Positions 36,760 to 50,049 are shown, numbered from the whole stretch's first letter. The stretch: 63,374 nucleotides of DNA, filler included, from Sphacelaria rigidula (GCA_964200075.2; 4 parts of 4 records of this genome joined end to end with filler, not necessarily neighbours in it), one strand, 5' to 3'. The notes: a model not told the origin generated them from the letters alone. Numbers and translations are program-made.

Positions 36760-38229
36760 TCAATCAGAGTCATCTTCGGGCAAATCAAAAATGTCCATAG
36801 ATGGTCTTCGTCTTTCAGAAGTATCCTGTTTTCCACTCGATGATACACCAAGCCCACCACCCACACCTCGATGTGGCACTGACGATAACAATCGAGCCGC
36901 GGTTGCTTCTGCTCGCTGCTGATCACCGTGGCTTCCCATTTCCCCCGGTAACGACGGACTCGGCGACCGACTGGTGCGCTTACGTAAGCTTGTCAACCTG
37001 GCACGTGAAGAACCACCCGAACCCTTCCCCGACCCACCACCCTTTAGCACGAAGGTATCACCACCACCTCCCGCTTTCCCGGCGAGTACTGGCGTATCAG
37101 CAGCATGCCGGTTTGCGCCGGCGCTGACGCCGCTTCGGGGGCCGAACCCAACCGATCTTACCACTGACGATGCAGTGGTTGAGGTGGGTGGTTTTGGACT
37201 TGGCGATAGACTCCGCCGACATTCGGCGTCTTCTGCTGCCCTGCTCTTGATTTGTAGCTGTTGCTTGCGTGACGCGGCTAGCGAAGCTAACGCTGCGGCA
37301 TTACCAACTGCAGTGGGAGGGGCAGTAGTCATGGAGCTTCCGTCGTGCAACCACGACAACGATCCAGAAGAATTGCTCTTCCCGATCTTACTGTCGTCTC
37401 GATGTCGCCCGCGAATCGACGAATAAAGGGACACCCGACTCGATGCATTGTTCAACACGCTGGCGCTGCTCTTCCTAACGACGCCAGTTTTTTTTACTTT
37501 ACTACTACTTTGGTTATCGGGCTGAAGATGCCTACCACCTTTTTTACCTCCCGCTTTCTTATCTGATGGCGGTGACTCTGTATCTGACTCGTCCGAATCG
37601 AGCTCGAATATGCTGCTGCTTGCCAAACCAACACCAGCCGCAAAACTTCGCCCGTTCCTCGGACCCACCCCAACACTCACAGCCGACTCGTTCGGGTCGA
37701 GCAAGGTCGCTCCCTCCTCCGAACCGTCAGCGTCAAAATCGAAAGCCCCCTTTCCGCCAGAATTCTCAGAGCAACTGCTTTTCCCTTTCCCAAGGTTTCC
37801 CGCTGGCCCAAGACCTATGCTGCCACTCCTCGCTCGCAGCCCGCCACTACCGTACACAGACGACCGAAAGCCGCCAATAGATCGAGAGTGCTTCTTCCAA
37901 GAGGTTCCGTACGTTCGCGACCTGGGGGTGCCGAGCCAATTTCTTGTCCCAGCTGTGCTGCCACCTAAACCGAGCCCGAGCCCCCCCCGACGGGTCCTTT
38001 CTGGGTTATTACTAGAGCACGATGACTTGATGTTCGGCGAGCAGGGAGCCCTATCAGCGCGGTATAAAGGTTGCTTGAGATTTATTTCCTGTTCCACGGC
38101 ATAGTCACGGGTTGGTGGGGTTGTTTGTTCCACCGAGCCTGTCGGGGAGTTGGTCAACCTAGGTGCTGGTGTCGGCGAGGATTGCGTCCGGCCAGCTGAC
38201 GACGGGTATGGGCTTCCACTTTCGCCGAC
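36760..38229 (-). CDS. WAPL: WAPL-like gene, exon 5 (terminal; ~489-aa low-complexity tail)
   Basis: ttagcag|GTC GGC GAA..., in frame with ORF 36760-38157 and ending ...SMDIFDLPEDDSD*. Phase 0 matches exon 4. Confidence 0.75.
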   Translation of the reverse strand, partial: VGESGSPYPSSAGRTQSSPTPAPRLTNSPTGSVEQTTPPTRDYAVEQEINLKQPLYRADRAPCSPNIKSSCSSNNPERTRRGGLGLGLGGSTAGTRNWLGTPRSRTYGTSWKKHSRSIGGFRSSVYGSGGLRARSGSIGLGPAGNLGKGKSSCSENSGGKGAFDFDADGSEEGATLLDPNESAVSVGVGPRNGRSFAAGVGLASSSIFELDSDESDTESPPSDKKAGGKKGGRHLQPDNQSSSKVKKTGVVRKSSASVLNNASSRVSLYSSIRGRHRDDSKIGKSNSSGSLSWLHDGSSMTTAPPTAVGNAAALASLAASRKQQLQIKSRAAEDAECRRSLSPSPKPPTSTTASSVVRSVGFGPRSGVSAGANRHAADTPVLAGKAGGGGDTFVLKGGGSGKGSGGSSRARLTSLRKRTSRSPSPSLPGEMGSHGDQQRAEATAARLLSSVPHRGVGGGLGVSSSGKQDTSERRRPSMDIFDLPEDDSD

Positions 38230-38519
38230 CTGCTAATACACACGTGAGATACGTGATGTGTGTTTCCGAGATTTTGGAGAAACGTGCTTGGCACAGGTGA
38301 AGGCCGCATGGACAAACAAGTTCTCTAACATAAGTGGCAGGCAAGACCTCGTTTTCTCTGTTTCGTGGGATTCTGAAGTAACAGCGCGCTATCGATCCCC
38401 ACCTACGGTCACCAATATCAAGCCTTGACTACAACTGGATGGACCATATACTTCTCTCACAAGCTCACTTCTACCACCAAAGGCTGAGCACGAAACAAGC
38501 AAACAAACACCTCACTAAC

Positions 38520-38843
38520 CCGTGGTGTACGCTGCGACGCTGTGGATCCATCTTGTGATGCAAAGCGCACGAAATCGTCCGTGTCCGTCATCGCGAAGTC
38601 ACCCCCGTCACCGGTACGCCCATTCAGGTCGTTGGCCCACTGCCCCGACGCCGGCATCCCGGAGGATTTCGCGGGCGGCATCGCCGTCGCATTCCCAGGT
38701 CTCCGTCGACCCTTGTTCCCCCCCAAGGACGCAGCCGTGGAGATTTCGGTGCTGCTGGTCGTGGTAGTTGGGGCGATATCTTCATCGTCCACTGCAAATG
38801 GGTTCCACTCCTCCGGCTGAAGACTCTCCATCCCCTCTAGCTC
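38520..38843 (-). CDS. WAPL: WAPL-like gene, exon 4
   Basis: tttcaacag|GAG CTA GAG...CCA CGG|gttagt, 324 bp (an alternative in-frame donor lies 9 bp further on). Encodes ELEGMESLQPEEWNPFAVDDED... Confidence 0.75.
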
Positions 38844-39640
38844 CTGTTGAAATGACATTTGTAGGGCAGGAACAAACACGGCGTAACAGAACACAAACGG
38901 TACGCGTGAAGTGGAGGGGGGGCGGGGTAATTGGTGGTAGATAAGGTTTCTGAGAGATTCTAAGGATGTACCGAAACTACTCAAGGAGGATGAAATATCA
39001 CCTGACTCCAACGGGTGTACATGACGTGTTGTATGTTTCAAGACAATGGTCATCAGCACACACTACAAAGCCACTTACGGAAACGATACCCGTACGAGAA
39101 ACGAATATTAATCACAGCTCAACGGTCCGCGCAACACATGTTAGCCGCTGGCTAAATGGCTCCGTGGCTATCACGAAATCCCAACACAAACTAGTCCTGG
39201 GGCCCTTCAAGCTATTAATTAATCGAACCTGAAGGTTCACAGCAAGGCTGCCGCCCCCAGAATCTGTGCCACTCGCGGCCGTCAAAGTGCCGAGCTGAGC
39301 TACTGTCTTTTTTTCCCTGAGAGCATGTGCGTAGCAACTACCAGGCTTAAAAATCTGTATTTTGCTGTTACAATGAAGAGGGCCTAGACTGATTTCATGG
39401 AGAGTCTCGAAACCAGAATCAACTTTCGTTACAAAGTTGCACACTGATATACTCGGTGTTCATTGTGACATTCTGGCAACCAAGTCCATATCCCACCGTC
39501 CACCAACACGTGTACATAGGAGCAGGTGCTTCGTGAACACAGCATGAACATATATGGGCACACGCACGTGGCTATTCATGTGGATCATGACCAGTGCCTG
39601 AAGAAGGCAATACTCTAAGCATGATGGCAACACGGCGCAC

Positions 39641-39776
39641 CTCAACAAGCTCCCGCACAGCTAGAACGACTTCCTCCGTTAGCACACCAGCCTGCCACTG
39701 GAGTGCCATGAATGCCTCGAGCACGCGCACAATCAACGTTGGAGAGCCGTCGGGTAGTACAGGCAGTGCCAAACGC
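39641..39776 (-). CDS. WAPL: WAPL-like gene, exon 3
   Basis: ctctcccag|G CGT TTG...GAG|gtgcgc. Encodes RLALPVLPDGSPTLIVRVLEAFMALQWQAGVLTEEVVLAVRELVE, matching the LP.G.....L..F final helices of the WAPL domain. Confidence 0.82.
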
Positions 39777-40301
39777 CTGGGAGAGGACGAAACGTGCCCA
39801 ACTGAGTCCAGAACGAGCTTAGAGCGACATTCAAGATTCTCAGAGGGGCCACTGGATACATGCAACCGACAGCGCGGCTGTTGCACACACGAGCCTGGCA
39901 CAGCGGCTAGATCTCAACATCAACGATTCAAACATTTGGACTTGGTCCATATTAAGTCATGGCCAAGATGCTCCTACTCTGCTCTCAGTCCAAGACTCCC
40001 GTGGGAGACGAACGAGGGTCTAAGCGAACATCACGGCTTACACCAGAATTTCAATATAAACCCATGCTCGAGCAGTTGGGCCTGCTCGCGTTGGCCTCGA
40101 GATATGGACAGACGATGCAAAGTATATGAGTGACCTCTGCCCGTTGTGTAAGCCAGGATTAACCTGAGAAAACACGTTTGTAATAAAATACCAGACATGA
40201 TCGTGCGTTCTTCAAGATGTTGGGCTTCAGGTATTCAAGACAGAGGCATGGAGAGTCAGCGCAACGCCACACTCTATTCTTCTTACCAATATGCATGTAC
40301 C

Positions 40302-40660
40302 GGTCGCCCCGATGGCTCAGTTGGTAACCTCGAAACCTTCTGACGGTTGAGTTGTGGGTTCAAATATCGGAGCGATCTGGATTTTTTTCATCACACCATG
40401 CTCAACAATGGAGAGCGACTATGTCGTGGGTACACAAAATTCGACTCAAGGGTCGACGAGGGAAAGGGACTGCTGAACCCCTCTCGCGATAAAGAAGAAA
40501 GGCAAGCACCGCAGAAGGAAGATGGAGTAGTAAAAACAAACAAACAAAAAACAAACTCCTGTGTTGACCTTCCTCCTGTGTGACCCCGGCTGGTGCGTCC
40601 ACATATACCGAAAAGTATTGATCGGCTTCCAGAATAGATGGGACGACAACACACACACAA
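40302..40660 (+). mobile_element. tRNA-derived SINE, family 1, in WAPL intron 2
   Basis: ggtcgccccgatggctcagttggtaacc...gtgggttcaaatatc head with good A/B boxes; tail gacgacaacacacacac. Confidence 0.82.
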
Positions 40661-40702
40661 TATGCTGCTGATTACGTTAAGCCTACGCCAACGGTTTCTC
40701 AC

Positions 40703-41229
40703 CGGCTTTTCTCGTCTTCACGGACTAGAAGTCCCAATAATAACGCACAGTGTCCTCCAAGCACAAGCTCTGCCCCCTCGGCAGCACTCATCAACTCTTC
40801 GGCTTCCTCTTCCTCCCGCCCCCCTCCCATCACTGCAGAAAACACGCTTCCTCCACCTTCTGTAGAACTTATGGCATTGGTGAGAGCAGAGGATTCAACA
40901 CTGCTCGCCGTCGCTTGCTCGCCCCGTACTCCTCTGTCTCTAGACGCCCCATCAGCTACCGAAGTCGGTTCCTGCTCTTCATCACTTTCGTCTCGGATAC
41001 CTCCTTCTAGATGCTTGGCGAAACCTTGGGTGGACTCAACGAGGAACTGTGCTAAAAACTCTGGTGCAAAACACTGGGGAGACGGGAAGCTGGTGTCTGA
41101 GCAAAAAGTTGATGCAGCCCTCGAACCGAACGAGGGTGGCGGGTGCACGGGAAGGCATGCCATTGCAACGCAGTTACCTGCGCTTTCTTTCAGCTCCACG
41201 CAGTTAATCAGGGCACCCAAGGCCAGTAT
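40703..41229 (-). CDS. WAPL: WAPL-like gene, exon 2
   Basis: ctctcgcag|ATA CTG GCC...AGC CG|gtgaga. Encodes ILALGALINCVE and ELVLGGHCALLLGLL, resembling the conserved WAPL LGLLINLVE and ALLLGCL helices. Confidence 0.85.
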
Positions 41230-41783
41230 CTGCGAGAGCAAGTGTGCGGTGGCCGATCAAGCGGGAAGTTATGTGACACTTCGAGCGGAACGATCCATAG
41301 TAGTCCCGACTGTACTGTCCTTGAGCGTGGATACAGAAATCAGGATGAATTCGGCACCGATTGATCGAGACGAAAATGTCGAGCATTTTCAGCTTTTTCA
41401 ATCACAACATGACGTCTCAGACATGAGAAGGCAACTGAAAGATGCTGTTCTTGCGCAACCTCCCCAGAATGTATGCTGGCAAGCGTCCAAAAACGCCAGG
41501 CAAAAATATGGTACGGGTGATACTCTATCCACTTTGGCAGCTGCTAGGCAAGATAATTGTATTCGCATCAACACGACGAAAATTGTCACCACCACCATCG
41601 CTCCGCGTTGATACCTGATGACACTACCGCGATGGACGGAATCGCCACAGCACAAACGGACTCTGCGTGGTACTTGACAGGGAGACTGCGAAACAGCCAG
41701 GTTTTGTGGCGAACCCGATCAAGTTGGGCGTCAACGCAGCAGACGTGTTGCATCGCAGTACACCACCAAATGCACTAGTATAC

Positions 41784-44000
41784 CTGCGCATCGAAGGCGT
41801 TCTTCCCTGTCTCAAATCTACCCGCGTTGTCCTGATGCCGCATGCCACCTTTCGCGCAATGGAAGGTGTTCCTTGGCAGGTCGTGCTCGACGACGTCGAT
41901 ATCGCCACTCGAAAAGCCACCAGAAATTCTCCCGTGTCCAGAAATGGGACTGTCGTGCCCACCCTCAACATCACTGTCGTTTGCTTTGGCAGCAGCAGTA
42001 CTTGATCTTCGGCTGTGCACGACTAGGCACAACATGAGAGTGTCAAGGCCGCCTCGGGCCGCTACCTCTGCGCACACGGGCGCGTTGTGATGAGTGACGT
42101 TGATGAGCACACGCAGGGTGGCGAGCATACAGTCGTGGACCCTGGACGTGACCTCCTCGCCCACTAAGGCTTCGGTTTCGGTGTGGTGAGAATGGTTCTG
42201 CCTTGCTCCGCCAGCGCATAGACCTCCTACCTTCTGCCTCTTGTTCGCCCTAGAGTCTCGCTGTTGTGAGCGTAGATGATCAGTGTCACCGACGAGGGAC
42301 TGGCACCGAGAAACAATGAGTAGAAGGGTGCTGGCAAGCTCGATATCTCGGCTGGGGTGCGGCACCTTGGCGTCGCCAGAGGGGCTATCTGGTGTACCAG
42401 TAGAGGTGGTCTTGTTGGTTCTATCGGAAGATAAACCATTCAAGGTGGCAAGGTCGAGCAGCCGCAATCCTAGCAAGAGCTGGTTTACGAGCCGAAGCGC
42501 CGACGGATCCGTTCCGATACCGACACCGTACCCTCTGCGAATTGAATTGTTCTTCAAACCAAGGTTGGACAGACTTTCCAGAACAGCAGCGCCATCGACT
42601 ACGACAGAGAAAAGGAATCCGCTCGGGCCAAGTCGCCCCAACATCTCTATCACACCGGGATCTGACTTTGTACTACCCTCCGTATCCCCGTCTCCAACAG
42701 CTTCGTTGGTTAAGGCTGCCAACGTGCTACTACCCTGGGACTTGCTTAGCACCGATTCTTGCGTGCTGAGCTCGTCGCCGATTGAATCCTCCCCCCCACC
42801 ACCTTCCCCACTGTCAAGCGAAGCGTCCGGACTGGCCCGAGTGGCTACGTTGAGCAGAGCGGCTAAAGCAAGATCGGCGGCTGACACCAAATGCCTGTTC
42901 GCCATACCCCACGGGATCATGTCAGACATGTCCAAAAGCATCCTCGCTCGTGCCAAAACGTCAGCAGATCCGTGATCAGCGATTAGTGCGTCAACAGGAA
43001 TCGCAGAAGCCACGGTTTCTTTCAGGGCAATGCTTGCTCCTATTCCACTCGTAATGACACCGCTTCGCTCGACATCATTGTCCAGGCAAAACGCGGACGA
43101 AGCTTGTCGTTCATATTGCCCACGTGATTGTTGTGATCTAGCTGCCCCGTGCAGTAGCGATGCTGCTTCGCCCACCGACGCTGTCAGCGATGCCGTCGGA
43201 GCAGTTCGCTCCGAGTCGCCAGCCTCAGCTGTAGCAGCAGCGGCAGGAATACCACTAGCGTTCTGCTTACTTTCCTCAATAAGCGAAGCCAGAGCGGAAA
43301 CCACGGCCGCCGAAAACCTGGTTGCCACGGTAGCATCCTTGGACAGGATGAACACCGCTACGACCAGGCTGTGCACCAACGCTTCGTCGCGGATATGCCC
43401 CTTCTCTGCACCTCCGCCATGATCGCCGCCATTACCACCAGCTCCTCTATCTAGTCCGCGTAGCGACACAAGCAGCGCGTTCGTCACGTCACTCAGGATA
43501 TTGTCGTTTTCACGAATGGCCTTGCGCGTCTCGCTGGATTTGCAAGCCTTGGCGAGAGCGATCGCCGCTGTTCGGCCCGCCTCCCCGCCGCCGACGGCTT
43601 GTTTCACCAGGTGGGCCACCTCGTCCCCTCGCGAGCGAAACCTGTGCACGCCACTGCTGCCACCGTCAACACCTACTCTCAGTACCAATGCCGACTGTAG
43701 AGGAACGATACGATCATTCGCTCCCTTAGAATCCTGCAGACAGTCAACCCTTGGCTGTTCCAGCGTTCGACCATATTGTTTACTGCACGCTGCAGTCGAA
43801 GACCCGCCGGTGCTTGTGCGGCCACTGCGGGGTATCGCTGATCGGGCTGCGGAAGAGTTGTTGTCTGCTTCACGTGAGTCTGAGATCTCCTGCTGCCAGC
43901 ACGCCCGTTTGGACCCATACTTTCTGACGACTGGAGCGGCAGCACCCCTTTCATCATTCCGAACCTTACGGTCGTTTCTGGCGACACTCATGGGCCCCAT
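41784..44000 (-). CDS. WAPL: WAPL-like (wings apart-like cohesin release factor) gene, exon 1; predicted protein ~1557 aa
   Basis: 739-codon open frame ending AFDAQ|gtatac. Contains HEAT-like helices and DCMLATLRVLINVTHHN, matching the WAPL LRVL.NLT.DN motif. Confidence 0.85.
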
Positions 44001-47000
44001 GTAGTTGTCAACCTATGCTTTTCTCGTCAGCACATGAGCAGACAGCACGGCCGTAAACCGACAGTAGATCGCTTATCTGATGGTACGGTTAGAAATTAGA
44101 AACTCTGGTGAGCGAAAATGAGCTATGGGACTTTTTCCATTATTTAGGATCGCGGGTAGGATTTACAATATATTTCAAAAGATGAAACTAAAACTAAAAA
44201 TAGAAAATACTACGTCCGGACTCAGATGACAGTAAGTTGCACCTCAATCGCAACCGCAGGCACTGAGACAACTCAACTTGCGACATACCGATCGCATCCC
44301 AGGTCACAGCTAGCTTGCTCAAGCAGCCTACATTTTCTCAGTACGATTACACATCAACGCTGATAGCTGCTCTGCTGCTACCGGTCCCGGTGTAAAAAAA
44401 ACACGAATCATGGTGAGAGCACAACAGACTGAACCTGACCGAACAGTTATAGTCATCAACGCAGGGACCCATGAAGTGACAGACAACAGACGACAACCAA
44501 GATGAAACATGAAAAATAGCTCATATATGTTGAGTCCCAGCGTTCGACTGTGGTACGTAGGTCATGATCATCCCCGAAGTAGGTCTTGGGCACTCCCACG
44601 GGCCCTTCTGAGATGGATATCATCATACCACTGTGTGCTCCTACACCCAACCTCGTTTTTCGGTATAATTTTGTTTTGTAATGTTTGTGGTACAGTACTG
44701 ACTTTCCTCTGTAGTAAAGAAAAGTATAATGTCAGGCAGCAGTCGCACGACTACGAACATGGTGACGGTAGTGGCCACCCGTGCTGCCCTCCGTTCGTCT
44801 ACAGGTTGCCGCCGATGCCTCCACGGACCCGACATTCCCTCCATCTTCACCCCAAGAAGTTTCCCTCCAACATGTGCACAAAAGACGGCGACGAGGGGCG
44901 ATAGCCGGCCCCTACTCGGAGGAGGCCCTCCTCTGCGCAGTGGCTGCGGTGGAATACTCGAGAGAAATATCGAGTAGAGAAGCACGTGAGTCTGCCCTTC
45001 ACTATGTTCGTGTAACACTTTTGTAGCAAGAGCTTCCATGTTCAACGCAAAGATGTGATGGGTCGATAATTGACATCTGTGGACAGGACCGATTCTATAG
45101 ATCGACACGCCTGGGTATTGAAGGGGTTTTCCACTAGGGTTGGTAATCTGTTGAAATCGGCATCACCATTATCACTGGAAAATCGATCGTTGACTCTCAA
45201 TGGCGGCAGAAAGGATCAAGTCCCCCCTACCCCCCGCAGCGTAGGTCATCTACCGAATCGTCATTATTTGACTTGAAAAATCATAACACGCCGCTAATGT
45301 TGGCGGCACATTTCCACGAGACCTCTTCAAAGTTGCTCTGAGTTTTTCGAGTGAAACTGATTCCGATTCTACACGGATTGATACTCCTGGGGGGTGATGG
45401 ACACTTCTGGGTGGCGAATTGGTCATCCCCTTGACCGACCAGGTCTGCCCACCTGTTCATTCGGCATCATGTTCACTTGAAAATGAGTTTCACACTCGAG
45501 TGTCCATCCACGGGCGCCTCAATAGTTCACAGTTGGGGGCTTGAGATGTGTTGTTGAGTATTTGAAGTGTTTCGCGGCGTTTTGCGGAGGAACTGTCTGT
45601 GCATACGTATGTCACGTGCGTATGAAATTATGCGGGCCTTTTTTTACAACGTCATTCAGAATACCAGCCCTGTACTTTCATGCTCGCATACAAACTTGTT
45701 GATACGGTGTTTTCAGCATCCCGGGAGTACCGTCTTCGTCAACGTGAGGGAGCTCATCTAGAAATCGAGGAAGTAGTTGCCATTCCGCTGTATCCATCCG
45801 GCGGTCCGGTGTTGATGAGGGAAGATGTATGAAATGGACTCCAATTAACTGCATCAAACGACTCAGCAAATGAGCTTCAGTTTGTCAGCACGCCTGTTCC
45901 GACGCAAGTCTCCTGAACGCAGAAGAAACACGCCTCGCTAGAACAAAACCATGACGCGGGTAAAGCGACTTATCTCCGCGTTCATCACTGACGAGGAAAG
46001 GTCCTCACAACCGCACAACTGTGTCCGTTGAGCCGAACCTGGTCTCCCGTATAAAGTGTACGGAACAAGTCGCGACTGTTGTGTCGGTAAAAAACGTACG
46101 CACGTGTAGGTAAAGGAATAGAGTGTAGCGGGTTCTGAGGTTTGTAGACCGGGACGAATCGTCACGAAATGCAGCTGGTCCAGCGAAAGGATTACAGTGG
46201 AGTAGGAATCGGGTTGTGCACAATCGGATACACATGATTTTCAGGGACCGGAACAAGAGATACAGCTGTCCAATAATTGAGATCGAGCGGCAGTACCGTA
46301 CAGTATTGTTCGGCCATATCGTCAAGCAGCACATACTTGCTTATGGGCTTCAAGTTTTGCACGCTAACTGACCAGCGTGAATTTTGTGACGGGGTTGTAC
46401 TTCTAGGATACAGATTTGCAGCTTGCACGCAAACAGCTAGGGAAAGGTGACATGTAGCATATCATGCCGCGCACAGGAGCTATGGTAGTCAGGTACTGAC
46501 TGCATAGCGCAAGCCGGATACAGCACGAAATCATCAGCAATATGTCGTTGAAAAAATTGTAGTGTTATGGGTAGGAATAGAGGCCGATTTGGGGTACTAA
46601 ATTCATGAAAAGTGCAAGCGGACACTACATGTGTCAGAAGTGGTCCGTGATCCAACGAATCATTTCAATGGAAAATACACGCGTCACCTACAGATGACGA
46701 TTTGGCTCATAAAAAAATGAATTATATTTATAGTACATTCATTCAAGCCTGGGAGTGGTCGGTGTTGAGGTCATTTTGTTCCTCCGGAAAGCTCCCTCCA
46801 CATCAGTAGACGGACAATCTTGTTGAACTAGCTATTAGTGTCCTTCTTCTGTCTCCACCAGTCGGGAAGCACACGCTCGCGAGCTGCCACCTCGAAAGAC
46901 GCTACTGATCCTCAACCCGAAAGTGCCGATCGCGCACCGCTTACAACTTGGCAACGGAGCATGGGATTCGACTGCGGTTTCTTGCGTGCGCTTCCCACAC

Positions 47001-47512
47001 ACCCAAGCTATGTCGCAACGTTTAGTTTTTGCGTTTGCGCGTGATGCTGACTCGCAAATGAACTAAGTATACTAGAATAAGGTGTTTTCTGCTCTGGGAG
47101 GGGATTTTCGTGCCGCTGACGCGACGCCAGAAAAATACCAAGTATGAGCTCCTAGATCTTGTGTGTATGCGGGGGGCAGTCAAGTGCCGTGGACCGGCTT
47201 GCTTCCCGTGTCGAGAACCGCGCGATCTACAGTGCTACAGCTTTCCCATACTACACCAACTGAATAAGTGATGAAGTGTGTGTTCTGTATGTGAGGGCCT
47301 CGGCACAGGTCCGACCACCTACTGACATGTTCATTATTCCTCCGCGTTATTTCTCATTTTAAATTTTGTGCCGATTTTTGGTCGTTAGTGTCCCCATTCC
47401 TACCCATAACGGTTATGCGCGCGCCTGAGGGCGTGTCTTCGCACTTCTTTTCTCGATCGAAAAAAGACAGTGAAATTCGTGAAACGGTACACGCCCTATA
47501 CTGTTTGCACTG

Positions 47513-47612
47513 NNNNNNNNNNNNNNNNNNNNNNNNNNNNNNNNNNNNNNNNNNNNTTAATTAATTAANNNNNNNNNNNNNNNNNNNNNNNNNNNNNNNN
47601 NNNNNNNNNNNN
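47513..47612. other. Artificial contig linker
   Basis: 44 N + TTAATTAATTAA + 44 N. Confidence 0.97.
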
Positions 47613-50049
47613 CTTATCCCCGTCCTGTTTCGCCATCTGTGGCCACCATCCATCTCCTAGTATAGCCATCGTTTTCTCCCTACTGCCTACAGCCATCGTT
47701 TTCTCCCTAAAGGAGGGGGGGGGGCGTACTCATTTGTTGCTTGCCTTAGTCGTTCGACCATTGACCACGCATCCGGGAGGGGGGGGGGGACCGTGGTGAG
47801 ATCATTTCTGGATAATTGATGTTAGTGTGCAACTTGTGTTAACTACTGGAGTTTAGCGTGTAGTGTATATATTATTGTCATTATTTTGCTGTGATGATAT
47901 TTACGCGGGCTACCTGCCACGGTACATCAGGCATACGTCACCACGCAGTTTCTCCGCATTTACCACGTACCCTCCGAACACGGGTCTGACGAATCTGAGA
48001 CGCCCGCGGCGGCATTATCTACTTCGTGTCTCATAAGGGTTAATTTGCGTACGCCAGCAAACATTAAATGACACTGAATACAACGGAAATTTCAACATTT
48101 TTGTTGCCACATGTTTCTTGAAAAGTTCAAGTCCGTGCGCACAAGATGCTGCTGCCGTGTGGCCAATCATGAGCTCGATTTTCAAGCGAGGTGAAGTCAG
48201 AAACACGTAATTTTCTTCCCCCCGGCGGCGTATCCAGCGATGTCTACTCACCAGTTGGGAGGGGGGGGGGCTCAGGCTGCGCTCTCGCTGCTCATACCTA
48301 CGGCACGGCCGTGGCTGCGCCACAACGCCAATACGTCAGCAGTATGTTGGGGGCCTAAAATATTTGTGATATAATGGTGTGTGTTAATTATACCAACCTC
48401 CAATGCACATAGTGTGTTCATGAAACCGGTCCATTCACAGCCCTACGAAAAAGCGGTCGCCTCACATGCGTAACCGCCTCTCTACAGTGTAAAGAGCGGG
48501 TGGGACACGCGTTATTGAACTCAGCGGGTCTCTCTAACGCTATTTGAATGAATTTGTGTAATGTGTGTGCAATAGTTGTGCCCGGTACTGCTTCTCTATC
48601 AACCGGGAAAATTATAATGCAACAGTTTCCCTCAAATCTTCTTCTCCGCGCGGAGCAGGAGGCTCTGGAACATAACAGATAGATATTCGAAAGCTCATCC
48701 TACGGAGTCAGAGAAGCTCTCTCGCGCTAGCAACTGCCGTATCGTTCTCCAGGAGCGTTTGGCGCTGGATATTGCAATATACTGCATACATTCATCTCGA
48801 ACTAGCTTTGCCGCTTGTATGCTAAAGGAGAAAACACTTTGCAAAAAAAGTTGCAACCAAGGGCCCGAAGAGGTCTTTGTAAAGTTGGCCAACTTCTTCG
48901 AGAGTACCGCGGATCAGTACCATGCTGTTTATGTGAGGGGATGCTGCCTTGAAACGCACAAAGTCATGTGACACCTCTCAAACGCGCCCTACAACCAACA
49001 CAGCGTTCAGTGCCAATTAGAGTGTTTTATGATGAAATTCATGCATTTTTCTGGGAGAAACACCCTCCACAACGGGTTCGTAAGGGCAGGGGTTCCGCAT
49101 ATCCAGACTTGACCTACCCGTCGCCGACGCGATATTTTGAGAGAGAGAAGCGGGGATCAGACTGGAGGCGTTGGCTACTCCCACCTCCAACCGTACGTAC
49201 TCATGATATACATCGCTAGTGATCACAGCACCGGTATTCGTGGGAATTTCGACAGGGGAAGTAATTACCCCTGGAGCTAGCTACTTCGTCGCACCTCACG
49301 GATTCCCAGTAGTACAATAGCGGAATATGACCATTTTGCTGTGAACTGTGGAGATCTGGAGTATCAAACTGGGACGCGGACATCTATGACGGACATCCAT
49401 CTGGTATTCCAGAATCATCTGGCATATCCTTCTGCAGGATAGACGACCATGTCTGGGACATCCGCGCAGGTATCTGAGCAGATGGTGTACTCGCCATAGA
49501 TCCCACGCGTAGACTCTCGGGCGTGCAACTAACGGGTCAATTAGGAGCTAGTGTGTTTCAGTACAAGATACGGGTAGGAATGGTTCAGAGAGCGGAGCCA
49601 GTATAGATCACTGCAGGGTACCAGCAGGAACGTTTCAGGAATCAGTGTGTAGCCAGTGTGATTCAGCCGAGCCAGAATGACTCTGTAACTCTAAGTTGAA
49701 AGTCCTTTAGTTGGGATTCAGGGCTGAGATTCAGAGGGAAGATTCAGATAGGACTGCGCACCAAGCGAGCGGGTTACCTCTGAAGGAGTAATAAAAGCAC
49801 GGCGGTGCAGCGCCCCACGCGGGTCAGTCGTCCTCCCAACACATCGAGACATTTCGTGACGATTGTTTTGCTCCGCCACGAACGATGCACTGCCAGAAAG
49901 CGCGTCACGGCCACACAACACACCCCACAAGGGCGCAGGATAGGAGCCTCGAGGGGAACGGAGGCATACCCACGCAAGCTGCCAATTTGGACGGGCGCTC
50001 GTGGTCACTCACGAGAGATGTGGGGAGCATGAAGACTCGTCATCGCAGG

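Noticed and set aside
40302-40375. tRNA gene
   Set aside because: The tRNA-like head continues into a body shared by three dispersed copies, so it is a SINE and not a functional tRNA.
42283-44004. Plus-strand ORFs of 230, 130 and 167 aa (also 36974-38104 and 40871-41611)
   Set aside because: Antisense shadows of GC-rich WAPL exons.
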